A stretch of DNA of 63,017 nt, filler included, from Klebsormidium nitens (lineage: Eukaryota; Plantae; Klebsormidiophyceae), in the NCBI GenBank assembly GCA_000708835.1. It is 8 parts of 8 records of this genome, joined end to end, with 100 filler letters (N's around TTAATTAATTAA, not from the genome) between each part and the next. Parts side by side here need not be neighbours in the genome. Positions count along the whole stretch, not along the records: positions 1 to 16,532 come from DF237839.1; 7 more parts are not named here. One strand, 5' to 3'. Position numbers and translations under genes: made by a program. The notes under the pieces are model-generated. The model was not told the DNA's origin and did not search any database. It saw nothing but the letters and a program-made list of their open reading frames with translations. Positions 1-12,991 of the stretch are shown in pieces. How positions within the stretch are numbered: position 1 is the first letter of the stretch; each line of letters starts with the position of its first letter.

Positions 1-3000
1 GGTCGGCTTCCGTACCGTTACACAGGACGCTTTGCTGTAGTTGCTGTGGACGATTGTGTGCGTTTCGCATAAAAGAAACCAATGTCAGGGCCTATTGGCA
101 CTGTATTCTCACCGTCGAAGCTGCTTCTTCCGCATTGTTGACAAAGTGCATCTTTTGTTCGGGCGTTGAGTTGCTGAAGCGTTCTTGGAACAACTTTTTT
201 GGCGCCCGCTGCAATCCTACAATTCCTTTTAGAACGTCGCACAACCGGAGTCTGTCGGCTTTTGCGGTGGTCCATGGTTGTTGATTCTGCAATTGGTATG
301 AATTTGGAGCTGTGTCCTTCAACTCCAAGCCTTGATGGAGGCACGTGAGGCAGAACTGATTCCACCTATTTCTCAGTTGGTAATCACGCTGAAATCCTCA
401 AGCCCACGTATCCGCACTGCCCAGGTAATATGCAATGCGTGCACAGGAGGAGAAAGCCAGTGATTGAGTACATCCCGATCCTGAACCAATTGTTGTGACA
501 CTACAGACTGAAATCAGAGAACGACGCACTGGAATATAGTAGTAATAGAGCAATTAGTAATGATATTGGCCCCCTGGACTGAATCCGCAGCAAAGCAAGA
601 AGCAGTTTGAAGGTTATAGTGGGATCGTTTGAAAGTGGTTCTCTCATGATGACTGAAGACGCCGACTGATGGATCATAGTACGGGATAACAGCAACTGTT
701 AACAGCGAGGTTCGGGACTGAGAAACAGCTAATCTGAGTACCATTACAAGTAACCGGAAAGCATGGATGCTTGAAGTTCGAGAGCGCACACTGCATGTAG
801 TATTTACGGTCAATGACCCCGGTGGGTATACTGTTTGCAATCTGGTTAAGCGCGCCTCATCAAGACAGAAAGAAACCTAGGACTGTGCCTTGGCAAGAAA
901 AACTTGAAATTTGTACCAATAAGATATTAAAGGGATTACTACAAAGACGTAGGACAGTGACAGTTCACATCGTATTCTGTAACTTTTACCAGAACCTAGC
1001 CTACTCCTAGTCAGACTTGTTCATTCACAGGGAAATATACAAATGCACTGCACAATATGCGGGACTGATTGGAGTGCGTAGCGCTTCAAACTGAACGCAA
1101 CTTGGCAAGCTTACTACCGCAACGTCCTTCAATCTAGCAGGGCTCCACCGACCTGCTTAATTCTTGATATATTGTAGGCGTACAGCCCATGGGCCTAGAA
1201 GACGAGCTAAGCGGTTGCTGTCACCAAGATAAAGATGCGCCGCCGTTCATAAGTGTCTTGGTGGTCACAGAATCTGCCGGCTGGCAATGCTCATGCGTAA
1301 CTTGTTGACGATGACGTCACTGTTGACAGGTAGCAGCAATTGCAACATCTACCAAGGCGGCTTTTGCAACCGGTGGATTCCCCTGGCCCATACGGTAGCC
1401 TAGTAGGTGGCTGGGAAGTCTGGTTCTTTGCCTCGCTGGCCCCATTGAAGGCTCAAGCATCGACTTACTACGGCCCTTTTTAGGGCCCTTTGCCATGAAA
1501 GAAGGAAACAACTTCAAGCACACACTCTCACTGCATGGTGTTCAAGTGGAGCCTGTTGTTAACGTGCACTATGCATGATCCAATTTATGACCGACTACGT
1601 TAGCCGCCGCCTGAGCAAGGACTAGTGGCCCGACACCGTCCAACGCGTTCCCGTGTTCACCGGTAATTGGCATGCCGGTCTAAGCCCGTCGGACTAGCTA
1701 TAGTCCCGCGCGCGGTTGATGATTCAGTGCTACCAAAGTGAAGTTCCTTCCGCGGCACTCAGTGCCAGAATCAGTATATCGGAAGTGTCGGATAATAATT
1801 GACATGATCCGACCGTCATGGTGCATGTGCGGCACGTCCGCTCACATGCTCGTGTGTTGCTCTCATCAATCTGTGTTATAGCTTTCTGACTTCAGAACCT
1901 GTGCTCCACGTACGTTCATTCAGAAGTTTGATTGAATCATTGGCATGTCACGGACACGGTTGATCGAGCAGTTGAGCTAGTAAAGGGCGAGAAGTAATGG
2001 GCTGCTCAGTGTGCGTGCGCCTACATGGCGCCGAGCCGCTGGCGCAATACATCATCATAGAAATTAAGGCATCAACTAATTCATGCCAGCAATTTTGGTT
2101 CTCGACGGATGCCGTGCTGTTTAGGGGTGGCAATTGTCTGGGGCCCGAGCCTATTAGATGCATACGGCTTCCCCCTATTCAGTTCAATCGTTGAATCAAC
2201 TGAAAGTGGGAGCTTGTTCGCGCGCGGCTGCGCGCTCACGTACCATAAGCGGCGGCATACGGCCAACCCACGGCCAAACGCCGCGGAATGTACCGGTAGA
2301 TTATTGATTGTGAGTCCGGGACCAAAACCCCTCGAAACCTCGACACTAGCTAGTGTGCGCGCAGAGGCCGCCCGCCCACGGCCGCGCGCATGATTGTGGG
2401 AGCGGCCAGTAAGGGCCGCGCGCAGGGTATTAGAGAGACAATGCGCGCCCCCGGGTTGGTTATTGAAGCCTCACGATTGAATTAGGGTCAATCGCTGTAC
2501 CCCTCACTGTATGATCAGTGCCCGCTATGATGAATCCCCTAAAGGCATAATAAAGGCTTGAAGGCTCAGGTATCTGTGGGCGCAGCCCTTAGTAGGATTT
2601 TCTTGGCGCAAGGGATCCCTTGCGAGTCTTGCAAGGCCTAGCTGAGAGTTCTAGTTTACATCGCTTTTTAGTTCAGACGCATCGTGGCATCCTCTTGAGC
2701 CGCGAATGAAATTTATTGCTCTACACGCGCGGCATGTGCGTAGTGCGGATTATGGACTCTAAACAACTGGCTACTAGTCTTCGCCCAAATGCCAAAACGT
2801 CAGGCAACCGAAGCCGTCTCCTCGCTCATGCGCATTGACAATAAAGCTTCAGACATGGGACATTGCATAGATAGGAACCAAAAACGAGGGAGGCTTAAAC
2901 CGACCCCTGTTTAAGCACCTGCAGGCTGCCCAAGGGCGCCGCTTCTTACTACCGCTCACAATATATTGATTCGATATTCGTTCCAGCCGTCCAACCGACT

Positions 3001-3713
3001 GGCAGTGTCTGCTGATCAATTGCATGGCATGTCACTATTACCAGATCGGGTGTCTTACATTGATAGCATCGTTCTGGCCGTACACGCACAATCCGTTCAC
3101 TTGGTTACCATGTACACTACTATATCCTTTACCAAATTGTATGAATGCAATTTGAGACCCTCTAGTTGCTGCCTCAATTTACATCGACTCGGATATTCTT
3201 GTTGAAATCATAAGTACATGCTTGAAACCAACGTGGCCTTGACCACCCTCAACACAAGCGCCTTCACACAAGGAAGCGCTCTTCTCCCAACAAGCATCCC
3301 TTAGTATGAGTTTCCATCACAATACAAACGTCCAAACCATACTAGAGGAGCCTACAATCAGCCCTCTGACCCTCTATCCTCTGTACTGTGCAACATCGAC
3401 AATCAACGGTCGTCACTCTGTGCAAAGTACTCATCCAACGGCTAAACTCGAACTACCCCTCCTATGTAAAAACTCCCTGATCGACGGCTCACACTGAGTA
3501 AGAACTCAAGATCGTACGGTCGAAACTAGCCTAGCTACACTAGCTAGTAACCACGTCCTAACTCGAACAATTTGGACGTCTAACCGACCTCTACTTCCAA
3601 CAATTCTTCAATAGAAGGACTAGGCTAAGTATAATTACACACCACGAGTCTACTGTGACCAATCCAATCTCTTTCCATCCTTTAGAGGGCCTCGACGCCT
3701 TGGTCTTTCGGTC

Positions 3714-6313
3714 TTAGTAGAAGGCACTGGCAATGGCGCTGCACGAGAAGCGCCCAGTGCAAGTGATTTTGTTAACAATAATCTTCTTAGAAGCTCCAAA
3801 GCTGTCCTCAAACGTTAGCATCTTGCGGGCTACGGTCATGGGCAAGAAGGCGTTGGGAACTTGGTAATGGTTGAAGCGGGCGTCTGTCGCCAGCAGAGAT
3901 GACGTCATGTAGTCGGCGTCCTTCCCTTCAACGATGTCAATTTGGTCGACACGCTCGCCGGAGCCGACGAAAGACATGGCCTCCTGAATGGCGGTACGGT
4001 GCGACTCGGCGAAGGTTTGGCCCAACGCGCCATGTACGGTTGCTGCAAGGGGGAGTTCAACAATCAATCAGATGGTACATTACCCAAATGACGGCTCTAT
4101 TGCTCGAGAGATTGTCGAACAAAGGGTTTTCTTAATTGCCGTGGGTACCAACACAACTTCATTAAGGTCTTTCTTTTCCTGATCAAAGTCTCAAGGAGAT
4201 CCTCATTTTGTCGACTTCCATTGATCAATGAAACTTAACAGGTTCGACCGTCCAATAGCATCAAAGATCAGCCCTCACCTGTCACGTTCAAGTTCTCCAA
4301 CGAGAAGTCCAGATGGTTGCCCTCCGGGTGCTTGTGGTGTCCAAGCATGATGTGCAAGGTCCCTTGCGAATGGATGTCGAGGGTGAAGCTCCGGCCGTCG
4401 AAGGTGCGAGTGATTGTCAGCCCCTCGTCATTGTGAAGGAGGTGGTCAGAAGTGCCACCGGCAGTCTGGATGGTAGTGGGCTCTTCGACCGGTACGTCGT
4501 CAACCTCCACGACAAAAGCAGCCTCGCTCGTGCGAGCCTGATCCTCCACCTGTAAGATAGAAATTGAATGGAGTTATGCGTCAATAAACCAACTCAAGCA
4601 GTCAGCGTCTGCACGCAACAGGTCCTGAAGCCAAGGCTTCGTAGCCTGGACATGACGAAGAGAAGCTGCCAAAGCCTATCAATCGACCTTCAGGTTGGAG
4701 CGATGTCTGACTTGAAGTCCTTGAACTTCGGGAGCATTTGGCACGAACACTGACCTGGTTCGTTGAGCCCAGAAAGGTGATCAGAAAACCTCAGAAAGAG
4801 CAGGCGTCCAACTTGCCCCATATTTCATGTAAATCAAGCAAGCATGCTTATTGAAGCATAGCTATCATAGGTCTGTCTTTTATACATCAGGAACCCTCTG
4901 CATCAACAGTACCTTTCATTGAGGTTTAGGGGACACCACATTAATGTAAAAGTGATGGCCTTCTTTGGCAAAACAAGAGAGTTCAACACTCACCTCGCTA
5001 GTCAGGGAGATGGTGAGGGTGCGCATGACGCCATCCTCCTGAGTCCACGTGACCCCGAGTGCAGACATCCAGGTCCCGTCAAAGCCTGTCTCCGTCCCGT
5101 CCTGGCCGATGAAGTGGGCATTCACGTTGAGGTCCTTATCCGTGATCAGAGTGAAGTCTCTTCCTGCAAGCGCCAAACAGTTGTTTCAATTGAGGACCAG
5201 CTCTTGGTTTGTAGCCTTCCTTGGGCAGTCCGGTCAGCACGTGGACGAGACCAGCGAGCAACAAGCCTGGAGAAAGCTTACTCAGTCTATGTTCTGGAGT
5301 CCCACAAGTAGAAGGGCGGCTTTCAAAGGTTGCTTGCAGACATGGATGGCTAGTAAGTATAAGGTCTAACGTTTCTTGCAGGAGTGGAAATTGTGGACGC
5401 TGTGGCCAAAATAGCCTTAGTGCATTGGCAACTTGATGTTCCCAGTCACGCACAACATCAAAGACACACGCAACTTGTAGGGCAGGTTCAATCTCAGTCT
5501 GCCCTAAAAGAGCAGAGTGATAGCTTACATCACCGCCCAGCTCAATTGTACTCACCAGGAACACCGTGGAAGTCATAGTTGACACCATAGGCTCCGACGA
5601 AGTGAGGATCGCTGCAGGCGCCTGCGCAAAAACCAGACTCTTGGTTTGTAGAAAGCGCTAGATTTATGAGATTTTAAAGAAGCATTCGATGCCCACTCAT
5701 TCAGAGCCGTCCCCGCATTGACTCATGGAGTCTAAGCAACTGATCGAAATTTGGAGCTCAAACAAAAGGATAGATCAGGCACAACGTCGAGCCTTCAGGT
5801 TGTCCATCACAATAAGGAGCTTCATAGGCCGGGGTCATGACGCAAAGCAGCATGCTTAGCTCAGGACTCACCAGGAGTTGGGTCGCTGGAGCATTGGCAG
5901 CTGATGTGAGTGTAGTACGTATATCCCCCGTTGAAAAAGTTGCTCAGGCCAAATTCAACGGCGTCTGTGCAACTGAAGTCGCACGTGCAGCCCGCCTGCC
6001 CGACGGGGCACGAGAGGCAATGTGTATTGAATGCGTAGATGTAGCCAGGGAACCCATAGTCCTTAAGCGGGGTGCCGAACAGGTGGCAGGGCACGTAAGA
6101 AAGGTAGCTGCCAGTTGGCAGGTTTCCTTGGGGCGTCCCAGTGATAGCGTTCGTTTCTTCGAAATCACAGCCCTCCGTGTTTGCAAAGCGGTTGGCCGTG
6201 TGTGCACCTCCAATCCCTGAGGCCAGCGAACTGGGACCTCCAGCCACGAGCTGCTGCAGGAGGACGCCCGTGAGGCAGAAGACCAGAAGAGCGGCGGAGC
6301 TGGAGGGAGCCAT
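3714..6313 (-). CDS. Secreted root-cap domain (PF06830-like, LEA/extensin-related) protein with Cys-rich N-terminus; exons 6313-5872, 5621-5556, 5163-4994, 4549-4279, 4042-3714
   Basis: GT-AG junctions join in frame. Signal-peptide-like start MAPSSSAALLVFCLTGVLL. Motifs CSDPHFVGAYGVNYDFHG, RDFTLITDKDLNVNAHFIG, GTWMSALG, HLDFS, VHGALGQTF and DYMTSSLLATDARF match the plant root-cap family pattern as recalled. Confidence 0.85.
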
Positions 6314-6535
6314 CGCGCTGGAGTTGACAGGAGAGGCCCTTTTGGCGCTTTGCAAAGTGGAGAGCTTGTTTTGAGAAAGACGCTCCGGCGTAGGCAACTT
6401 AAGTACTCAACTTTCGCGACTTGAAAGGCGGCAGCAGGCTATTGTGCGGTTCTCCCAGCAGGGATTCCAATTCCCTGTATGTTCGGGGCCCGGGCCCCGG
6501 GCCGCACCCGCTTATAGGGCAAGGTAGGAACTTGG

Positions 6536-6710
6536 ATCGTTCTCTAGAATATGTTTAGTAAGCTCAATGTTTAGTACTGGGACGGGTAGGGTTAGTATGG
6601 TGGTTAGGGTGGGTGCGGGTGCGGAGCGAGTGATTATTTGGGTTTAGGTTTTTAGTGTTAGCTCGTTCTTACTAAACCTTGAGCTTACTAAACATATTCT
6701 AGAGAAGTAT
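6536..6710. mobile_element. Mutator-type MITE, 175 bp, G-rich telomere-like core
   Basis: Perfect 28-bp inverted repeat TTCTCTAGAATATGTTTAGTAAGCTCAA (6540-6567 / 6679-6706). Flanked by the 9-bp direct repeat GGAACTTGG (6527-6535, 6711-6719). Confidence 0.8.
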
Positions 6711-8013
6711 GGAACTTGGGAGGGCTACCCCGTGCGGCGTCAACGGTGGACCTGGGACCGGGTAGGTAGGTATTGGACCCGCCCGCCCGGGGACGTTAGA
6801 ACGCTTCCGAAGTTTAGGAAAAGCTTGCCAGCTGCATGCACTGTGTAGGAGTTTAACTCTTTCTAATGGCTTGCTCTTTTCAAATACGAACGTCGAAGCA
6901 CTCCACCACGAAAGAGACCAAACATCGGCCGCTCTGGTTTGATTGTGTCGCCCCGACCGGCGCAGTCTTTAAGCTTTCTGCAAGCCAGGGGAGTCGATAA
7001 GGGCACCTATCTGACAAGGCTATCGGCCCCAAAGCTTGACCCCCCCGACCTCCTCGGCAAAAACTTCATGGGATGGGGTCGCCAGAGGCGAACCCATCCC
7101 TTGCCAAAGGCAGGGATGGGTCGCCGAAGGCGACCCCCTCGAGCTAAACCGATGTTTTTGCTCAAGACCACGTGAAAGAAGTTGTCAAATCAACTTGATG
7201 TGACATGTTGTTACTTTTCTTCCGGGCCATTAAGCCATTATGCAGGAAGTTTTTCCTCTACATTTTCGTACAACCATACTTGTCCTCATTATATCTTTAC
7301 GCAGATTTATGTTTGAAAGTTACCCTCAGGCCATTCTTAAAGTTACCTCAGTTTCATTTTTTAGAAACTGAACGATGCAAAGTATATGAAGACTGCTTTG
7401 TCTGATTGATTGTTAGACTTTGCGGTGCCTGTGAACCGATCGGCCTAGAGTCACCAGCTACTCAGCTACAGTAGTATAAATTTATACTGTATAAGCTGCC
7501 AGCGGCGCTCGACGGCGGCCGCAGACAGCGCTAGGGTTTGAAGGTTCGAGAGTTCATCGAACATTTTCGACCGTCGCAATCTCATCGTGCGGCCATTACT
7601 ACTCTGTGCGCGAGCATTGTCCGTTGCTCGCTCCAACCGTACGCACGCGACGGCAGGCGCTTGCCGTTGTGTCGACACAGTCTCTGATTGAAAATCCTGC
7701 TCCCGGAATTAACGCAGCTCACTTTCTGCATTATGCAACACATGTCTTTCAAGGCTCGTTCTCTTCTCTGTGCATTATTGAATTTATAAGTTATGTCGAG
7801 GGCAGCAACTCCGACCGCTCAGCTGAGCGCGGCCTCGGAACGTCGTCGGCTCTGATGACGCACAGCTGCGCAACCCCGGCGAGGCGACCGGCGAGGCGAA
7901 TGCGCCGGCCTTAAACCCTGCGCAGGCTTCTGGAATCTAGTATCTTAGGGTAGAGCTCTCATACAAAGTTTACGCTTCGTAACCGCAGCGCTCTTGACCG
8001 ACCGGCCTGCCTC

Positions 8014-8072
8014 GATTCCCCTGTGGCGGCGGAACGTCGCAGGGTTGGTCACGGAGCGCCCTGAGTAACGAA
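8014..8072 (+). repeat. Short dispersed repeat, second copy at ~12040-12100
   Basis: GATT(C/A)CCCTG(T/C)GGCGGCGGAACGTCG...GGT(C/G)ACGGAG occurs at both sites. Confidence 0.45.
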
Positions 8073-10484
8073 CGTGAGAAGCGCACCCAAAGCTGCCACG
8101 ACGCGTGGCTTGTTGTCTCAGATGCGGAGAGACCTCCCTACTGTTTGCTCCCCTTGTTCACCAGTGGATTTTGCACGAAATTCAAGCCAAAAAAAGAGAA
8201 GGAATATCCGATTGGGTGCGAATTAAGAGAAGGAAAGATTCTCTTCACATGCTCGGGGAAGTATTGAGCAAGTTTCGACCATATTATTAATTAATTTGGG
8301 CACCGGCTTGAAGCTAATGAGAAAGAGCACATGCCTGGGTGGTCTTAAGAGACAAAGCACGGGCGACGATCTATGCCAGAAAAGCTTCTTCCTTGGACGC
8401 TCTCTTACTGTGTAAGAAAGCACGATTGTGTCCACCTTTGACAGTTGAGACGGAGTCTTACGTGGGTTCCGTTCTCTGCCTTTTTGGCCATGCTCAAAGC
8501 CTGCATCTTGACTCGCTACGAATCCACCTCAAGGACGCATGAATATCCCGAAGTCCGTCTGGGTGGCTCTCTTGTGCCCTCTCATGAGAGAGCTGCCTGG
8601 CAGATATTTGCAAGGAGGTTCCTGTTGAAAGGGTTCTCGACGTCTTGAAGCCTCCCAAAAAGGTTGAAAACGCCCCGCTTCACCCCCTCATCATCCCGGG
8701 CGCTTGCACCAACGCTCCCTTCATTCCACTGACGTTTCAGGACACTTTTTGCTGACGGTTCGGAAGCCCGCGCTATTGGGCTCAGCCCCTCCACCAACAA
8801 TGTCCGAAAGCTGGCGCTCTATGTCAGGCAACGGTATTGGGGGGCAAGGGAGGTGAAATCCAAAGTTCGTCAGCTTTTCGTTTCTGTCATGTTGTTCTTC
8901 GTAAGGATTGCCGGGCGCTCGTGTGCCAAACTCCGACGACTCCTCTGCGGCCAGGACCAACCGGGATCTGGAATCAGCTCCCGCTCGAAAGCGTCCACTG
9001 CCCAGCAGATTGCGTTCAGGGCGTCGCAGTCAGCTTTGCAGCGCTCCGCATCGGTCAAGAAGGGCCTCCAAAGCTCTCGCTTAAAGCTCTTTATCAGTTG
9101 AGAGAGAGCTGATCCTGTCAGCTTTCTGTTTCATCAAGACGACGGCTGTGCCATTGAACCTCCCATCCACCTTCCTAGTTTTGAAGGCGGGTTAGTACCA
9201 AGGAATTATTTTCTTAGGAGAAGGAGAGCCAATTCTGTTGTGCCTCTGACAACATAACGCCGTCATAAGCAATCTCAACCTGAGGAAATCCTTCAACTGT
9301 TCAGCTGAATGAATCTTTTATGCTCCTTCGCCATTGCCTTCCCGCCATCACCAGAAAGACGTCACCCGGCCCACGGTGCCATTGAACCGCTAGCTGTAAA
9401 ATACAGTAGCTCCATGTCCCTCATTCTCTACTTCCCCAATTCATCAGGTCGCCGCCCCTGTCTTCCGATCGGTCTCTTCACCCTCGCTCACTCGCCATTC
9501 ATGAAGTAAGTGATCACTTACTTCCGGAACACGCCTTTTCTGGTCATTTATTTGTTCCAGGTCCCTCGATTACCGTTCGCTCACCCTTATTCTTTCTTCT
9601 CATTTTACTCCTTCCCCACTCTTCCGTTTCCGGTCTCGCTGATTCCTGGTCGGATGACTCGATCTCCCCGAGTGGAACGAGCGGCTCAACGGCCAAACGC
9701 CATCAAAGCAGAGACTCAAACAAGTTGTCCGCTCAAGGAAGGATCCCCAACATGAGAATGTTCTTGTCGCACCTCTGCCCGAGGAAGGACGTAGTTGAGA
9801 GAGAGAAACGGTCCTCAGCTGCTGCAATGGCTTGATTGCGACGCGAAGTGACGTGAAGGAAAGTTTGGGGCGAGATCTGCGTGATAACGAACTTAGCCCC
9901 CAGTAGAAGCGCTCAGAAAATATGGGTAAGATAAAAGGGGGGGCTGATTTACCAAATCATCTGAGGGACATGCATGCCTATCCGAATCTGAAGAAGCGGT
10001 CTACGACTGCTTTGAAGACTTTTGATCCTTGTCTGCAGAAAGGGCATCATCTGCGGCTACGAAGATACAAAACGATTCTCAGATCCAAAGAATAGGTTTT
10101 TCACAGGATCCGCTTTTCATGACGTGCATCAATCAGCAGATAATTTGCCAGTCTGAAAATCACGTATCCCTGCTTGAGAATCCTGCCTGAGACTTCTGAA
10201 TAGAGCACGAGCTCTGGCTTTGTACCTTTTTTCCACTTGCAGTAATTCACGGCGCACACCAGGAAAAGGAAGGGAGGCTTGATTGGTGTGACCGCCTGCT
10301 CATGCATATGCAAACGCGAAGGGAAGAATCTCAATTGCTCGCTGTCAGAATACGGACTCAAAATGCTCCTATTCCCTTGCATGAGTGCCTGACTCGGTTG
10401 TGCTGCGTGCCTGTCGAAAATTAGCATGGTTTCGTTTTCGCGGCGCTGCGATTGCGAAAACTGAGGGGCGTTTCTCGGAGCCGT

Positions 10485-11555
10485 CAGATCTGCCACGTGG
10501 CACCATCTGACGGCAAGACCCGCCTTTCTTGCAGGCGGCCCACAAGGATGCCCTACGATTATTGGGCGCCTTTATATACCCAAACATAGCGATAGCTTGC
10601 AACGCTAGAGGCGTTAAGGGCTGCGCCCTGCTGATAAGGGGGTGCCCCTTCCGGGCTGCGCCTGGGAGCATACGCCGCGGCCCCGGGCGATGACGATCAC
10701 CATTGGCGTATGCTCAAAATACTGCGGGTGATCACGATTACCCCCAGCATTTTTGCTTCTTTACCTTTTCCTTATACCAATTTAGAAGGGCGGGTCTCTT
10801 AAAGTAGACCAATTTAGCATCCTCATACATGAATCCTCGAAGCAGCACCGATCCTGAGGTAGGAGATACGTTGCATCTGATGAACTGAGCTCAGCTGGAC
10901 ACCATATAGAAGCGCGTAACAAACCCTCGCTCATATGTGAGGATGGTTATTTCAAGCCCTGCAAATGAAAGCGCTTGAGCCTTGATTACCCCCAAAGCTT
11001 GGTAGCTTTGAACAAAACCTCGACAGCTGTCTGCATTCGTGCTCGAAGACGAGCTGCTTCTACCGAAGCCCACGATATGTGTGGCCCAGTTTTGATCGCC
11101 CTAATGTGCGTTTGTTCATTCGAAATTTCCAGTATCAAAGAGCAACAAGCTGGACCCCTGGCACAAGTCAGCATGTCAAATTCTTTTTATGTTTCCTTAT
11201 AAGCGATGCAGAATGATAAGCACACAATTCCTGACATGAACAAGGCCGGAATTGTCGTGTCCAAGCAACGTTTTTCCTGCTATGGTCAGCAGCAAAAGAT
11301 GCAAAATATGCTGGAGCATATTTCAACACGCGCTAATGATGATCGTCATCACCCGCAGCGCGTGTTCCCAGGCGGCAGCCTGGCCGGGCGGCAGCCCGGA
11401 AGGGGCTTCCCCCTTATCAGTAAACGCTTGTGGCGTTGCTGTGCTGGGCTGAGTTTGGGTATATAAAGGCTGCTTAACCTCCAGAACCGACTTTGTGGGC
11501 CACCGATGTAACCAGCCTTTCCAGCCGTCCGAAGACGCCACGTGTCAGATCCAAG
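10485..11555. repeat. Diverged long inverted repeat (~220-bp arms at ~10485-10705 and ~11335-11555); foldback/MULE-like remnant
   Basis: Both arms share, in order and in opposite orientation, GATCTG(C/A)CACGTGG, GGCCCACAA, GCCTTTATATACCCAAAC, CTGATAAGGGG..GCCCCTTCCGGGCTGC and GATGACGATCA. Confidence 0.7.
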
Positions 11556-12884
11556 GGCTCTGAGGAGGGCAAGCAAAATCTGACGGTCGGCCAGGACGCG
11601 GCGGCCGCGCAAACACGGCTCGGCAGATCACCGGGTAGTCGGCAACGCCCAGAAACAGAAGGCGCTTAGTCGGATCCATTTCATTAGCAGACCAATTGCA
11701 GATGTCATCTCCAACGCCCCAAGGCGTCTATTTGCTGGATTGCGGTGACGGTTCCAGTACAACCTTGTCATCCAAACTGCTGTATGCCTATCAGTGTGTT
11801 CAAGAGACGGGACACCCAATTAGAATGGTGCAAAACTTGAACACGTATATGATAGCCAGAGGCACCTGCAAGCCCACTCTAGTGCTTCGAGACGCGGCCC
11901 TTCTTTTTCGAGCGATTCGGCATGACCAGGGTTGCGGCACATGATACCTTTTGAAAATACGTCCAAGTATCCCAGGCAGAGCCTCAGCTGCCTATTCGCG
12001 ATCCTTGGCGGCAGTACGTGCTTTTCATCGACCTGCATCGATTACCCTGCGGCGGCGGAACGTCGGGGGGTGGTGACGGAGTGCTTGGACAGGCGAACGA
12101 ATGGGGTTCCATCTAATCAACTCCTGAGAACTTCTCTGGAATCTGATTGAGTCAAATTCTATCAGTGTGCGCTCAAAAGCGACACAAGCTTTGTGATTTC
12201 GATGGTAAGCAGCCAGACCTCGCTACCCTCTCGCTCCCTCTTTCGTCTTCGGATTGTGCGCGAGCTTCAAGCACAAATGATGTAATAGAGCAACCCGAGT
12301 CGCGGAAAGAGACACGGAGAATGTCACCGTTCTACATGCCCGGGGTCACAAAAGCTAGGGCCCTCGTTACAACCAGGAGAGATGAACGTCACTGTCGGAA
12401 GCTGTTCTATTTTCGGGACTACTCATCCCTTCTCTCTTGCGTGCTTCCGATCAGGACGTGTTTCGCCCGAGACAAGCTGAGCCACAAAAAATCGCCATTC
12501 GACTTTCATTTCAAGTTTACTTGCGCGTGGCATCTAGCCTAGCGCAAAAATCACGCTCGTATCATGCCATGATCGTGCCAGCCAACGAAAATTGTCAAGA
12601 TCATCAATGACTTATTGGCTTGATTTGTCATGCAAGCACGGGCCGCGCCGCCGCCACCATGTTGCGTTCGCACCCCGCGCGGGAGACATGCATCTGTCAC
12701 TTCATGCGTGCAACCGCCGGCGGCATGCTGTGGGCGGCTGTATGGCACTGCAGCTGTCAATATGATGAAACCACATACGGTGAATCAGGGGAGCATGCAT
12801 GCATGCCCATATGAATCTAAACTTCAAACTTGGTCTGACGCTCAGCTTCAATGGCAGATTCTCAGGTCAAAGGTCTGAATGTAT

Positions 12885-12991
12885 ACAATCTCCGTGTATT
12901 CCAAGTTTTGACGAGCCAATTAAATCGCTCACAATATATCATAGTACACAATCTCCGTGTATTCTTAACAGATGAGCCAATCAAGTCGCTC
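12885..12991 (+). repeat. 63-bp tandem duplication with CCAAT motif
   Basis: ACAATCTCCGTGTATTC at 12885 and 12948, each followed by GA(C/T)GAGCCAAT..TCGCTC. Confidence 0.6.

Noticed and set aside
18-840. Minus-strand ORFs at the window start
   Set aside because: No recognisable motifs, and the splice model is unsupported.
7473-7488. Perfect 16-bp palindrome AGTATAAATTTATACT
   Set aside because: About one such palindrome is expected by chance in 60 kb, and there is no supporting context.
8582-9110. Minus-strand frame of ~180 codons with two internal stops
   Set aside because: Could be a pseudogene, but no family is recognised.
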